DNA from: Pseudomonadota bacterium
GTDB lineage: Bacteria; Pseudomonadota; Gammaproteobacteria; Burkholderiales; Burkholderiaceae_D
DNA: 64,000 nucleotides
Direction of reading: 5' to 3'
Assembly (NCBI GenBank): GCA_040386255.1
Contig: JAZKFW010000084.1
Span: 7,295 to 71,294, forward strand
Positions 1 to 9,717 of this stretch are shown here, piece after piece. The stretch's first letter is position 1. The number at the start of each line of letters is the position of its first letter. The notes under the pieces are model-generated. The model ran no database searches. It saw only the letters and a list, made by a program, of their open reading frames with translations, and was not told where the DNA came from. A program made the position numbers and the translations under genes.

Positions 1-2110
1 CGGCACCGTCGGCCGCGGTTCGGCGTCGGTCGACATGAACACCATCCCGACGGCGATCGTGCGCACCATCGAAGTGCTGCGCGACGGCGCGTCGGCCCAA
101 TACGGTTCCGATGCCATCTCCGGCGTCGTCAACATCCGCCTGCGCACCGACCGCAGCGGCGGCGAAGCGGGGGTGACCTACGGCGCCCGCGTGACCGAAT
201 ACGATGTCGTCGCCGACGCCCCGCCGGCCGGCGCCAACTATGGCGCGGCGCCGAAATCGCGCAGCCGCACCGACGGCCATGCCGCCACCGTCAGCATGTG
301 GAAAGGCCTGCCGTGGGGCGAGAGCGGCTTCGTCACGCTGGCCGCCGAATACAAGGACCAGGCGCACACCCAACGCAGCGGCTACGACATGCGCCCGGCC
401 TACCTCAAGATCAACGGCGCCTTCGATCCGCGCGAAGCGACCTTCAACCGCTTCGATACCTGGTATGGCGAGCCGGAACTGAAACAGGCGACCTTGTTCG
501 CGAACGCCGCCAACCCGCTCGGCAACGGCGTCAAGCTGTACGCCTGGGCCAGTTACCAGAACCGCGACGCCAAGTCGGCCGCCAACGTGCGCCGCGCGGT
601 GCAGGACCAGAACCTCGCGTCGATCTATCCGGACGGCTTCATCCCGTTCATCGTGCCCAATGTCGAAGACTTCTCCGCCACCGGCGGCGTCAACTGGGTG
701 ATGGCCGACTGGGACATGGACCTCTCGCTCAGCTACGGCAAGAACAAGATGCGCTTCGACCTTGAGAACACGCTGAACCGCTCGCTCGGCGCTGCCAGCC
801 CGACCACGTTCTACGCCGGCGGCTATTCCTACGACCAGCTGGTGATGAACCTGTCGGGCGTGCGCACGATCGCGATGGACAGCCTGGCCTCGCCGCTGAA
901 CGTGGCGATCGGCGCCGAAGCACGCAATGAAGGCTACGTGCTCAATGCCGGCGAAGTCAATTCCTACGTCGCCGGCCCGGCCCTGCTGCCGAACGGCACG
1001 CGGGCGCCCGCCGGCGCTCAGGGTTTTCCCGGCTTTACGCCAGCCGATGCGTCCGATTCCTCGCGCAGCGCGATCGGCGCGTTCATCGACCTGGAAGCGA
1101 ACCTGACCAAGCAACTGCTGGCGTCGGTGGCGATCCGCGCCGAACACTATTCGGACTTCGGCAACAACGTCGCCGGCAAGCTGGCCGCGCGCTACGACTT
1201 CAGCCCGGCATTCGCGCTGCGCGGCTCGGTGCAGAACGGCTTCCGCGCGCCGTCGCCGCAACAGCAGGGCTTCGCCGCCACCTCGACCATCTTCATCAAC
1301 GGCGTGGCAACCGACCTGACCACCTTCAAGCCGACCGACGCCATCGCCCGCGCGCTCGGCGCCAAGCCGCTCGACGCCGAAAAATCGGTCAACCTGTCGC
1401 TCGGCGGCGTGATGCGGTTCGGCAAAGCCAGCCTGACGGTCGACGCCTACCGCATCAAGATCAAGGACCGCATCGTGCTGTCCGAGAACCTGATCGAAGG
1501 CACTTTGCCGGGCATCGTCAACTTCCTCGCCGCGCGCGGCTTCCGCTCGGCCGGCGGCCGCTTCTTCATCAACGGCGTCGACACCACCACCGACGGCGTC
1601 GATGTGGTGCTGAACATGCCGGTCAATACCGACGGCGCCGGCCGCTTCGACCTCACGCTGGCGGCCAACGCCAACAGCACCGAAGTGACCAGGCTGCCGA
1701 CGGTGGACACGCTGTCGGCGTTCAAGCCGGCGCCGGTGCTGTTTGGCCGCGTCAACACCTTGACGTTCGAAAAAGGCACGCCGCGCAACAAGCTCAGCGC
1801 CAACCTCAACTGGAAGCTCGGCCAGTGGGGCGCCACCGCGCGCGCCACCCGTTACGGCGAAACCCTCAGCCCGGGCACCAGCGCCGCCTTCGACTTCACG
1901 CTGTCGGCCAAGACCCTGGTCGACCTCGAGGCGCGCTATGCGCTGACGTCGAAGATGAACCTGGCCGTCGGCGCCGACAACGTGTTCGACGTCTATCCGG
2001 ACGCGTTCCCGCCGGCCCTCAACAGCACCGGCGCGGCGATGTTCTCGAACTACTCGCCGTTCGGCCGCTCCGGCCGCTTCGTCTACGCCCGCGCCAGCTA
2101 CAGCTTCTGA
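1..2110 (+). CDS. TonB-dependent outer-membrane receptor (5' end lies outside the window)
   Basis: The frame is open from the window edge (track ORF 35..2110). It has the plug-type motif IEVLRDGASAQYGSDAISGVVNIRL, a long beta-barrel-like body, and the terminal ...FVYARASYSF aromatic C-terminus typical of TonB-dependent receptors. Confidence 0.85.
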   Translation, partial: GTVGRGSASVDMNTIPTAIVRTIEVLRDGASAQYGSDAISGVVNIRLRTDRSGGEAGVTYGARVTEYDVVADAPPAGANYGAAPKSRSRTDGHAATVSMWKGLPWGESGFVTLAAEYKDQAHTQRSGYDMRPAYLKINGAFDPREATFNRFDTWYGEPELKQATLFANAANPLGNGVKLYAWASYQNRDAKSAANVRRAVQDQNLASIYPDGFIPFIVPNVEDFSATGGVNWVMADWDMDLSLSYGKNKMRFDLENTLNRSLGAASPTTFYAGGYSYDQLVMNLSGVRTIAMDSLASPLNVAIGAEARNEGYVLNAGEVNSYVAGPALLPNGTRAPAGAQGFPGFTPADASDSSRSAIGAFIDLEANLTKQLLASVAIRAEHYSDFGNNVAGKLAARYDFSPAFALRGSVQNGFRAPSPQQQGFAATSTIFINGVATDLTTFKPTDAIARALGAKPLDAEKSVNLSLGGVMRFGKASLTVDAYRIKIKDRIVLSENLIEGTLPGIVNFLAARGFRSAGGRFFINGVDTTTDGVDVVLNMPVNTDGAGRFDLTLAANANSTEVTRLPTVDTLSAFKPAPVLFGRVNTLTFEKGTPRNKLSANLNWKLGQWGATARATRYGETLSPGTSAAFDFTLSAKTLVDLEARYALTSKMNLAVGADNVFDVYPDAFPPALNSTGAAMFSNYSPFGRSGRFVYARASYSF

Positions 2111-2155
2111 CGCCGGCCGAAAAACCGACCCATTTCGCATACGGCCTGTAAGTAC

Positions 2156-2186
2156 GCCATCCGTTGAACTTACGGATGGCCTTTTC
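2156..2186 (+). terminator. Rho-independent terminator after the first receptor gene
   Basis: GCCATCCGT, a 7-nt loop, ACGGATGGC, then CTTTTC. It sits 46 nt downstream of the stop at 2110. Confidence 0.6.
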
Positions 2187-2373
2187 GCGGCTCGTTTATG
2201 GCTTGGTGTCAAGCGCCACACACGGACTGTTGGAATTGTCCCAAATAAAACTTAAACCATTGACATTGATTCATACCAATGTTCTGATTCGACTTGCCTA
2301 GGCAGCACTGGAAGATCCCAGGGCATTGCTTGGCCAATTTGTAGGTTTAAATAACAACAGAGAGGGATTTCGA

Positions 2374-5358
2374 ATGAATTTTCATACGTCGCGCATCCAG
2401 CGCAGCGCTATCAGCATCGCCATCGGCCTGATGATTTCCACCGTGGCATATGCACAGAGCTCGGAAGGTTCGATCTATGGCCGCGGCAAGCCAGGCGACA
2501 AGGTCACCATCACCAGCGTCGACAGCAACACGTCGCGCCAGGTTACCGTCAACAGCGACGGCTCGTTCTCCCTCGGTAAGCTGCCGCCAGGCATGTACCG
2601 TGTGGTCGGCGCCGGCGTCAGCAAGGACGTCAGCGTTGCCATCGGTTCCGGCACCAACGTCACCCTCGAAGACACCGCCGTCGTCGACAGCACCCAGCGC
2701 GTCGTCATCTCGCGCGTGCGCAGCGCGATCGACGTTTCGAGCGTCGAATCGAACACCGTCTTCACCGCCGAGCAGATGCAGGCGCTGCCAGTTGGCCGCG
2801 ACGCCAACTCGTTTGCGCTGCTCGCTCCAGGCGTGGTCAAGGGCGACGCCGAAATCGGCGCCGGCGGCCTGCCAGCGTTCGGCGGCGCTTCGGTCGCTGA
2901 GAACGGTTACTACATCAACGGTTTCGACGTTACCAACATCCGTAACTTCCTGACCTATGCCAACCTGCCATTCGACGCCATCGGCGCCGAGCAGATCAAG
3001 ACCGGCGGCTACGGCGCCGAGTTCGGCCGTTCGCTGGGCGGCGTCATCTCGCTGGTCACCAAGCGCGGCACCAACACCTGGAAGGGCGGCGCCGCCGTCT
3101 ACTGGGAGCCGCAACAGTTGCGTTCGGAAGGCAAGAACGTCCTCGACCTGGATCCGGACCACCCTGACACCTACACCGTGTTCAACAAGGACCGCAAGCA
3201 GACCGACCTGTCGTTCAACCTGTACGGCGGCGGTCCGATCATCAAGGACAAGCTGTTTGTCTTCGGCCTGATCGAAGGTCGCCGCGACACCCTGAGCACG
3301 TTCCAGGAAACCGGCAGCATCCGCACCAAGGACTCCAAGCCGAACGGCATGATCAAGATCGACTTCACGCCATCCGACGCGCACCGCTTCGAGATGACCG
3401 CGATTTCGAACAAGAAGGATCAGGAAGTCGTCGACTACAACAACACCACTGCCCAGCGCAACGCCACCAGCCACCAGGGTAAAGGCGCTGTCAGCAACAT
3501 CACCAGTGGCGGCGAAGTGCTGATCGGTAAGTACACCGGTTACATCACCGATGCGCTGACGGTATCGGCACTGGTGGGCGCGGTCAACGACAACGTTGCC
3601 AAGACCACCGGCGCGCGTACCGCCGACCAGTCCTGCCCGGTCGTGCTGGAAACCAACCTGAACGAAATCGGCTGCTGGATCAAGCCATTCCCAGGCAATC
3701 CTGTGCGCGCTCCTGGTTCGCCGGACGACACCGACGAGCGCCGCGCGTTCCGTTTCGACGTCGACTATGCGCTGGGCAACCACTCCCTGCGCGCCGGTGT
3801 CGACCGCCAGAAGTTCACCTCGTCGGAAGCGGGCAGCTCGACCTTCTCGGGCGGCTACTACTACCGTTACTTCATCAGCACCAACGGCACCGTCAACGGC
3901 GTCGCCAATGCTGTCGCTCCTGGCGCCCAGTACGTGCGTCGCCGCGAAGTGACCAGCACCTCCGGCGCCTTCGAAACCGAGAACAACGCGTTCTACATCG
4001 AAGACAACTGGAAAGCGACCAAGAACGTGCTGGTGTACGCCGGCCTGCGTTCGGAGTCGTTCAACAACAAGGATGCCGACGGTACCAGCTTCATCAAGGC
4101 CGACAACCTGCTGGCGCCACGTCTGGGCGCTTCGTGGGACGTCGCCGGCGACTCGTCGCTGAAAGTGTACGCTAACGCCGGCCGTTACTACATCCCGGTC
4201 GCCGTCAACACCAACATCCGCGCCACCCGTGGCGAGCTGTCGGAAACGCGCTACTACACCTTCACCGGCCGCGATCCTGTCACCCAGGGCCCAACTGGCC
4301 TGGGCGCCAACCAGATCGGTATTCCGCAAGTCGTCGGTGACGGCAGCCTGCCTAACCCGGCAACGATCGCCGATACCGAGCTCAAGCCGATGTCGCAAGA
4401 CGAGTTCATCCTCGGCTTCCAGAAGACCATCGCCAAGGGCTGGAGCCTGGGCGCGAAAGCGACCCACCGCAAGATCAACAACGGCATGGACGACTACTGC
4501 TCGCACATCGGTTTCGAGCGTTGGGCTGCTGACAACAAGTACACCAACTTCGACAGCCACACGATGGCGCAGTGCATCATGGTCAACCCAGGTAACGATG
4601 TGAACCTGCAAGTCGACGTCAACAACGATGGCGTGCTGAAGAACGTGACGATCCCGGCCAGCTACCTCGGCCTGGCCAAGTACACTCGCGTCTACAAAGG
4701 CCTCGAACTGACGCTGGATCGTCCGTACGATGGTTCGTGGGGCCTGAACGCGTCGTACACGCTGTCGTCAGTCAAGGGTACCGCCGAAGGTTACGTGAAC
4801 TCGGTGATCAACCAGGAAGATGCTGGCGTAACCCAGGACTTCGACTTCGGTTCGCTGACCGACGGTTCCGACGGCTACCTGGCCAACGACCGCCGCCACG
4901 TGATCAAGGCCTACGGCGTGTACTCGCTGAACCGCGAATGGCGCGTTGGCTTCAACTCGACGATCGCTTCGGGCCGTCCGGTCAACTGTATCGGTTTCGT
5001 GCCTGAGTCGGTGCCTGACTACGTCGATGCCAGCAACTACTCGACCGCGTCGTCGTACTACTGCCTGAACAGCTCCGGCAAGTCGGTGCTGACCCCGCGC
5101 GGCACCAGCGGCCGTACGCCATGGACCGGCACGCTCGACCTGCAACTGGCTTACCAGCCAGCGATCAACAAGGGCAAGCTGACGCTGCAAGCGGACGTCT
5201 TCAACGTGTTCAACTCGCAGAAGACCACCGAGTTCAACGAAACGCGCGACTACTCGCGTGCTGACGTTGCAAGCGGCAAGCTGAACCAGAACTACCTGCA
5301 GCCGACCTCGTTCCAGTCGCCACGTTCGGTCCGTCTGACCGCCCGTTACGAGTTCTAA
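2374..5358 (+). CDS. TonB-dependent receptor with N-terminal carboxypeptidase-regulatory-like domain (Oar-like)
   Basis: ATG 2374 is preceded by AGAGGGA. Signal peptide MNFHTSRIQRSAISIAIGLMISTVAYAQ. ITSVDSNTSRQVTVNSDGSFSLGKLPPGMYRV resembles the CarboxypepD_reg fold. A plug-like GAEQIKTGGYGAEFGRSLGGVISLVTKRGTN is present and the protein ends ...VRLTARYEF. Confidence 0.85.
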   Translation: MNFHTSRIQRSAISIAIGLMISTVAYAQSSEGSIYGRGKPGDKVTITSVDSNTSRQVTVNSDGSFSLGKLPPGMYRVVGAGVSKDVSVAIGSGTNVTLEDTAVVDSTQRVVISRVRSAIDVSSVESNTVFTAEQMQALPVGRDANSFALLAPGVVKGDAEIGAGGLPAFGGASVAENGYYINGFDVTNIRNFLTYANLPFDAIGAEQIKTGGYGAEFGRSLGGVISLVTKRGTNTWKGGAAVYWEPQQLRSEGKNVLDLDPDHPDTYTVFNKDRKQTDLSFNLYGGGPIIKDKLFVFGLIEGRRDTLSTFQETGSIRTKDSKPNGMIKIDFTPSDAHRFEMTAISNKKDQEVVDYNNTTAQRNATSHQGKGAVSNITSGGEVLIGKYTGYITDALTVSALVGAVNDNVAKTTGARTADQSCPVVLETNLNEIGCWIKPFPGNPVRAPGSPDDTDERRAFRFDVDYALGNHSLRAGVDRQKFTSSEAGSSTFSGGYYYRYFISTNGTVNGVANAVAPGAQYVRRREVTSTSGAFETENNAFYIEDNWKATKNVLVYAGLRSESFNNKDADGTSFIKADNLLAPRLGASWDVAGDSSLKVYANAGRYYIPVAVNTNIRATRGELSETRYYTFTGRDPVTQGPTGLGANQIGIPQVVGDGSLPNPATIADTELKPMSQDEFILGFQKTIAKGWSLGAKATHRKINNGMDDYCSHIGFERWAADNKYTNFDSHTMAQCIMVNPGNDVNLQVDVNNDGVLKNVTIPASYLGLAKYTRVYKGLELTLDRPYDGSWGLNASYTLSSVKGTAEGYVNSVINQEDAGVTQDFDFGSLTDGSDGYLANDRRHVIKAYGVYSLNREWRVGFNSTIASGRPVNCIGFVPESVPDYVDASNYSTASSYYCLNSSGKSVLTPRGTSGRTPWTGTLDLQLAYQPAINKGKLTLQADVFNVFNSQKTTEFNETRDYSRADVASGKLNQNYLQPTSFQSPRSVRLTARYEF

Positions 5359-5391
5359 CAACGGTTCGCCGCAGCCAGTTCGCTGCAAATG

Positions 5392-5420
5392 AAAAGGCCA
5401 CCTTCGGGTGGCCTTTTTTT
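5392..5420. terminator. Bidirectional intrinsic terminator between convergent genes
   Basis: AAAA-GGCCACC-TTCG-GGTGGCC-TTTTTTT. The A-run and T-run flank a perfect 7-bp GC stem between the stops at 5358 (+) and 5441 (-). Confidence 0.75.
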
Positions 5421-5440
5421 GTATCTGCGCCGCGCGCCGC

Positions 5441-5827
5441 CTATTGCCCGGCCGGCGGCTGCCACAGTTCGATGCGGGTGCCTTCCGGGTCGGTCACCCA
5501 GCCGAACTTGCCGTACTCGGAATCTTCCATCTTGTCCTCGACCAGGCAGCCTTCGGCGCGCAGCGCGGCCAGCAGCGCGACCAGGTCGTCGACGCGGAAG
5601 TTGATCATGAACGGCGACGGGCCCGGGCCGAAATAATCGGTGTCCGGCTTGAAGATGCTCCACACGGTGGTGCCGACGCCTTGCGGGTTGTCGGGAGACT
5701 GCCAGCGGAACGCGGTGCCGCCCCATTCCTCGATCGGCACGCCCAGGTGAACGCGGTACCACTCGCGCAGCAACTCCGGATTGCTGGCCTTGAAGAACAC
5801 GCCGCCTATGCCTGTGACTCGTTTCAT
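5441..5827 (-). CDS. VOC (glyoxalase/bleomycin-resistance/dioxygenase) family protein
   Basis: 128 aa. GIGGVFFKASNPELLREWY ... FMINFRVDDLVALLAALRAEG ... GKFGWVTDPEGTRIELWQP fits the VOC-fold pattern. ATG 5827 is preceded by AAAGGGG. Confidence 0.75.
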   Translation of the reverse strand: MKRVTGIGGVFFKASNPELLREWYRVHLGVPIEEWGGTAFRWQSPDNPQGVGTTVWSIFKPDTDYFGPGPSPFMINFRVDDLVALLAALRAEGCLVEDKMEDSEYGKFGWVTDPEGTRIELWQPPAGQ

Positions 5828-5984
5828 GTGCACCCCTTTGGTTGATATTTGCGAATCTTACAACAGCAAAGTTCGCCGCAGCCAAATCGTTTCGTTTGAC
5901 GTGGATCAGGGAGCGTCCCGCCGGATATTCCACAATGCACCTGTCGTTTCCACACGGAAACTCTTTTCAGGGGAGCAGGTTCAC

Positions 5985-6800
5985 ATGGACTCGAAAAAAA
6001 TCAGTCGCCGCAACTTCCACGCCGCCGCACTCGGCCTGGTGCTGGGCGGCGCGGCATCGACCGCGCAGTCGGGCGTCATCCTTGGCGCCAGCCGGCCCAA
6101 GACGTACGTGCTGGTGCACGGCGCCTGGTACGGCGGCTGGTGCTGGGACAAGGTGGCGCGCTCGATGCGCGCGCAGGGCCACGTGGTGTCGGCGCCCACC
6201 TGCCCCGGCGTCGGCGAGCAGGCCCACCTGCTGTCGAAGGACATATCGCTGTCGACCTTTATTACCAGCATCACCAATCATATCGTCTACCAGAGCATCA
6301 GCGACGTCATCCTCGTCGGCAGCGGCTTCGGCGGCGTGGTGATCAGCGGCGTCGCCGACCGCATTCCCCACCTGCTCAACAGCCTGGTCTACATCGATGC
6401 GATGGTGCTCGAGAGCGGCTCGTCGGTATTCGAAGCGCAGCCGGCTGCGGTGACGAAGAAGCGGCTCGAGCAGGTCGCCAGCACCGGCAAGGGCGTCGCC
6501 ATCCCGCCGCCGCCGGCGGCGCAGGCGGGCATGGACAAGGAAACGCTGTCGTGGGTGAGCGCGCGCATGACGCCGCATCCGGTCGGCACCTACCAGGAGA
6601 AGCTGGTGCTCAACAACCCGCTCGGCAATGGCCGCCCGCGCATCTACGTCGATTGTGTGGCGTCGCCGTTCGAGCCGCTGGTGGAAGTGAAGAAGAACCT
6701 GCGACAGCAGGCCGGCTGGAAGTGGGTCGAGCTCAACACGCACCACGATCCGATGATCACCGAACCGCAGATGCTGTCGGATTACCTGGTGACCGTCTGA
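5985..6800 (+). CDS. Secreted alpha/beta-hydrolase-fold protein (esterase-like) with Tat-type leader
   Basis: ATG 5985 follows GGGGAG. Twin-arginine leader SRRNFHAAALGLVLGGAASTAQS. YVLVHGAWYGGWCW resembles the oxyanion region of SABP2/MES-type esterases. The nucleophile-elbow region reads LVGSGFGG, which is not a clean G-x-S-x-G. HHDPMI lies near the C-terminus. Confidence 0.7.
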   Translation: MDSKKISRRNFHAAALGLVLGGAASTAQSGVILGASRPKTYVLVHGAWYGGWCWDKVARSMRAQGHVVSAPTCPGVGEQAHLLSKDISLSTFITSITNHIVYQSISDVILVGSGFGGVVISGVADRIPHLLNSLVYIDAMVLESGSSVFEAQPAAVTKKRLEQVASTGKGVAIPPPPAAQAGMDKETLSWVSARMTPHPVGTYQEKLVLNNPLGNGRPRIYVDCVASPFEPLVEVKKNLRQQAGWKWVELNTHHDPMITEPQMLSDYLVTV

Positions 6801-6812
6801 AGCGCCATGCGC

Positions 6813-7256
6813 TCAGCTGCGATCGACGATCTTCGTGATCAGCGCGCCGTCGAACCAGAATTCGGATTGACCCTGCAGGTCCAGCACGGTTCCGGCGCGG
6901 GGGCCGTCCGGGACATCCACCGCAAGCTTGCCGCGGTAGGCGATGCCGGTGATGACCGAGCCCTCGCCGTGTTCGATGGCCGTAATGCGCTGTTCTCGTT
7001 CGGAGAACACCGCCTTCGACTGCTCGGCGAGGCGCCTGAATTCATCGATACCGCTCGCCTGCGCCGTCAACTGACCGCCTGAATAATTCTCGAAGCGAAC
7101 TCCCGGCGCCAGCAAAGCCAGCATGCCTGCAACGTCGAAGGCGTTGTAGGCGGCCAGATAGCGTTCGATCGACTCGACTCGCCTTGCGCTGTCGTTTGAT
7201 GTATTTTCCATGCCTGCAAAGATACCGGACAAGAACGCTTTTTTCAATCCGCTCAC
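6813..7256 (-). CDS. SnoaL-like / NTF2-fold protein
   Basis: SIERYLAAYNAFDVAGMLALLAPGVRFENY is a typical SnoaL-like N-terminus. A GTG start at 7256 overlaps the GNAT stop (GTGTGA), suggesting coupling. An alternative ATG lies at 7211 (MENTSN...). Confidence 0.7.
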   Translation of the reverse strand: MSGLKKAFLSGIFAGMENTSNDSARRVESIERYLAAYNAFDVAGMLALLAPGVRFENYSGGQLTAQASGIDEFRRLAEQSKAVFSEREQRITAIEHGEGSVITGIAYRGKLAVDVPDGPRAGTVLDLQGQSEFWFDGALITKIVDRS

Positions 7257-7777
7257 ACGTGCTGGCCTCGCGAGTCATTCACCCTGCGCACCATCTGCAG
7301 GTCATCGTGCAACACGCCATCGACCAGCAAGGCGTCGGGCTCGCGCCCGTACACGGCAAAGCCCATCGACGCGTACAGGGCCACGGCGGCGGCGTTGTCG
7401 GCGGTAACTGCCAGCGTCACCTGGTGCAGGTTCGGCAGCGCGTCGGCAAAGGCCAGCGCCCGCTCCATCAGCAGCCTGCCCACGCCCTTGCCGCGCCAGG
7501 CCGGCGCGACGTACATGCCGGCGATGAAGGCCTTGTGGCGCGCCTTGAGGGCGCCGTGGCGGCCGACGCCGACCACCGCGACCAGCGTGGCGCCGTCGAA
7601 GGCGCCGAAGCGGTTGCGGCCGGAGCCGGGCGCCATGTGCGCTTCGATCGTCGACAGCGGCGTGTCGCACTCCTCCTCATCGCTCGAGCTGAAGGCGGTC
7701 GGACTCTCGCGCAGCGCCGCCAGCCGCAGCGACTGGTAAGCAGCGGCATCGGACGGAACGAGGCGGCGGATGAGCAT
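7253..7777 (-). CDS. GNAT family N-acetyltransferase
   Basis: 174 aa from ATG 7777 (MLIRRLVPSD...). The acetyl-CoA motif-A-like sequence is MYVAPAWRGKGVGRLLMERALAF. The longer track ORF (to 8149) would run into the neighbouring gene and is Arg/Gly-rich. Confidence 0.8.
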   Translation of the reverse strand: MLIRRLVPSDAAAYQSLRLAALRESPTAFSSSDEEECDTPLSTIEAHMAPGSGRNRFGAFDGATLVAVVGVGRHGALKARHKAFIAGMYVAPAWRGKGVGRLLMERALAFADALPNLHQVTLAVTADNAAAVALYASMGFAVYGREPDALLVDGVLHDDLQMVRRVNDSRGQHV

Positions 7778-7857
7778 GAGGTTTGTCCACAGTTTCAAAG
7801 TGAGCAATTTAGCATGCCCCTGCGCGCATCGCACCATCGCGCGGCCGGAAGCGACGG

Positions 7858-9372
7858 TCAGTCGCGTCGCGCCGCCGCGCGGTCCGCTTCGCGCGGGGTC
7901 TGGCCCGGCTCTACCGGCGTCGACACTTCCTTCGGCGATTTCGGTTTTTCCTCCGGCGCCTTGCCGGTGGAGCGAATCGAAATAATGCGGTTGAGCATAT
8001 CGAACCAGAAGGGTGCGCCCAGGGTGGCGGCCAGCGCGGTAATCAGCCAGCCGATCAGGTGTTGCTGCATCCTGTCGAGGCCGTCGTTGAAGGTGCGCGG
8101 AATCACCTGCCCGTTCTTTTCCTGCGCCGGGCTGCCGCGCGCCACCCATCCGATCGGCAAGCCAAGGTCCTTCAGACTATTCTGCACGCCGGTGAACTGC
8201 GCCGACAGGCTTTGCCGCACCTCCAGCCGGAAGGCGCCTTCGGCAGCCCCCTTGGCGCTGATGGTGGCGATGGCCGGCGTGTCGGAGAGGACGGTCTCGA
8301 CCTCGAACGCGACGCCCGTATCGCCTGGCTGCACCTTCGCCGTGGAGGGCGTCACCTTGACGCCGGCGATGTCGCTGGCGAGCTTGACTTCGCCCTCAGC
8401 GGCCGCCGGCGCGGAAAAGACGATCGTGCCCTTGTAGTTGTCGCCGCTGGCGATGCTCGGCCTGGCCGGGTCCACCGCGGTCGGATCGACCATGCTTGGC
8501 GCCTTGTCGGCGAAAACCTTCGCCTGCGCGACCAGCGCTTCGCGGGCGCCGGAATTGGCCTGCAGGTGCTTGACGATGAGGATGGCGTCGACATTGACGC
8601 CCACCGCGGCGATGACGGCCAGGATCACCACCGCGCGTTGCGAGCGTCGCTTGTACCAGCCGCTGATGCGGTCCATCGAATTGTTGAACCAGATCTCGAT
8701 GTTCTCCTTGAACTTCTCGACGTCGTTCTGGGCGTCCTCGAACAGCGCCAGCAAGGCGTCGCGCATGCGGAGGTCCGGCAGTCCCTCGATCATTTCGCGC
8801 AGGTAGCGCGTCTGCATGCCGTCGATCAGGCGCTGGATGTCTGCCTGCGCGTCGGCCACCGTGTAGGGCGTCTTCAGCCGCTCGCCCAGGCTCGCCAGGT
8901 CGCGGGTGATCGCTTCGGCCAGCGCCGCGTGCGAATGCGCCAGCACCAGCCTGTTGATGTTCGGTAGCGCGGCAGCGACCTGGCTCTTCAGCGTTTCGAC
9001 CGTGGCGCCGCTGTCGACCGCGCCGGTAATCACAGCCTGCAGCGTGCGCCGCACCTGCCGCACGCTGCCGGCGCTGTCGTGCAGCAGCGCCATCAGCACG
9101 TTGGCGAACGAACGCGACGCGATATACGAGGGGACGTAGCCGCCGGCCGGGTGCTTGGCCGACAGTGCCTGGGCGCCGCCGATCAGCGGATGGGCGAACA
9201 TGGCGCGCGCCCAATCGGTGCCGAGCAGGCGCTCGAGTCCGAGCTTGAGGTACTTGGCGCGCGCGCCAAGCGCCGCGGCGATCAGTTCATTGGAAATCGT
9301 GACCAGCATGCTCACGAGCAAAAACACGAAGATCAGGCCGATGACCGTGTCGAGGATTCCGGAACCAAACAT
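7858..9372 (-). CDS. Conserved-looking membrane protein of unknown function
   Basis: 504 aa. Hydrophobic N-terminus GILDTVIGLIFVFLLVSMLVTISNELIAAAL, a central helix AVVILAVIAAVGVNVDAILIV, a beta-rich segment (GTIVFSAPAAAEGEVKLASDIAGVKVTPSTAKVQPGDTGVAFEVETV), a C-terminal helix LIGWLITALAATLGAPFWFDMLNRII and a Lys/Pro/Glu tail. I recognise no family. Confidence 0.6.
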   Translation of the reverse strand: MFGSGILDTVIGLIFVFLLVSMLVTISNELIAAALGARAKYLKLGLERLLGTDWARAMFAHPLIGGAQALSAKHPAGGYVPSYIASRSFANVLMALLHDSAGSVRQVRRTLQAVITGAVDSGATVETLKSQVAAALPNINRLVLAHSHAALAEAITRDLASLGERLKTPYTVADAQADIQRLIDGMQTRYLREMIEGLPDLRMRDALLALFEDAQNDVEKFKENIEIWFNNSMDRISGWYKRRSQRAVVILAVIAAVGVNVDAILIVKHLQANSGAREALVAQAKVFADKAPSMVDPTAVDPARPSIASGDNYKGTIVFSAPAAAEGEVKLASDIAGVKVTPSTAKVQPGDTGVAFEVETVLSDTPAIATISAKGAAEGAFRLEVRQSLSAQFTGVQNSLKDLGLPIGWVARGSPAQEKNGQVIPRTFNDGLDRMQQHLIGWLITALAATLGAPFWFDMLNRIISIRSTGKAPEEKPKSPKEVSTPVEPGQTPREADRAAARRD

Positions 9373-9717
9373 AAAGCCTCCCTTGCTGAAAGACTATGCG
9401 AATTAGTGCGCCGAGAAAATTGTGACCAAATAATCTTACTCCTGGCCGACCGACAGTTTCATTTTTTTTAACTTGTGCTTTAAATGCAACAAGTGCGCCT
9501 GAGTCCCCCATCTGGCTCTCCCCCGACTGGTCAATGACGTCGCTATGACGCTGACGATTTCGATCGAAAAATATATGGATTGCACCTCGGTGGCGGGCTG
9601 ATGTGTATCAAGTGCCGGCTACTGCTCGCGCGCAACAATGCACCCCAGTTCGACGCAGCCCAGGCGCGATCCCGCGCACCTTCCGTCGAGGTTTTCACGG
9701 GTCAGAGGAGCTTTAAC

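Noticed and set aside
2347-4611. 754-aa ORF antisense to the Oar-like receptor gene
   Set aside because: It is a typical high-GC shadow ORF: Arg/Ala/Gly/Val/Asp-rich, without motifs, and fully nested opposite a gene with clear family signatures.
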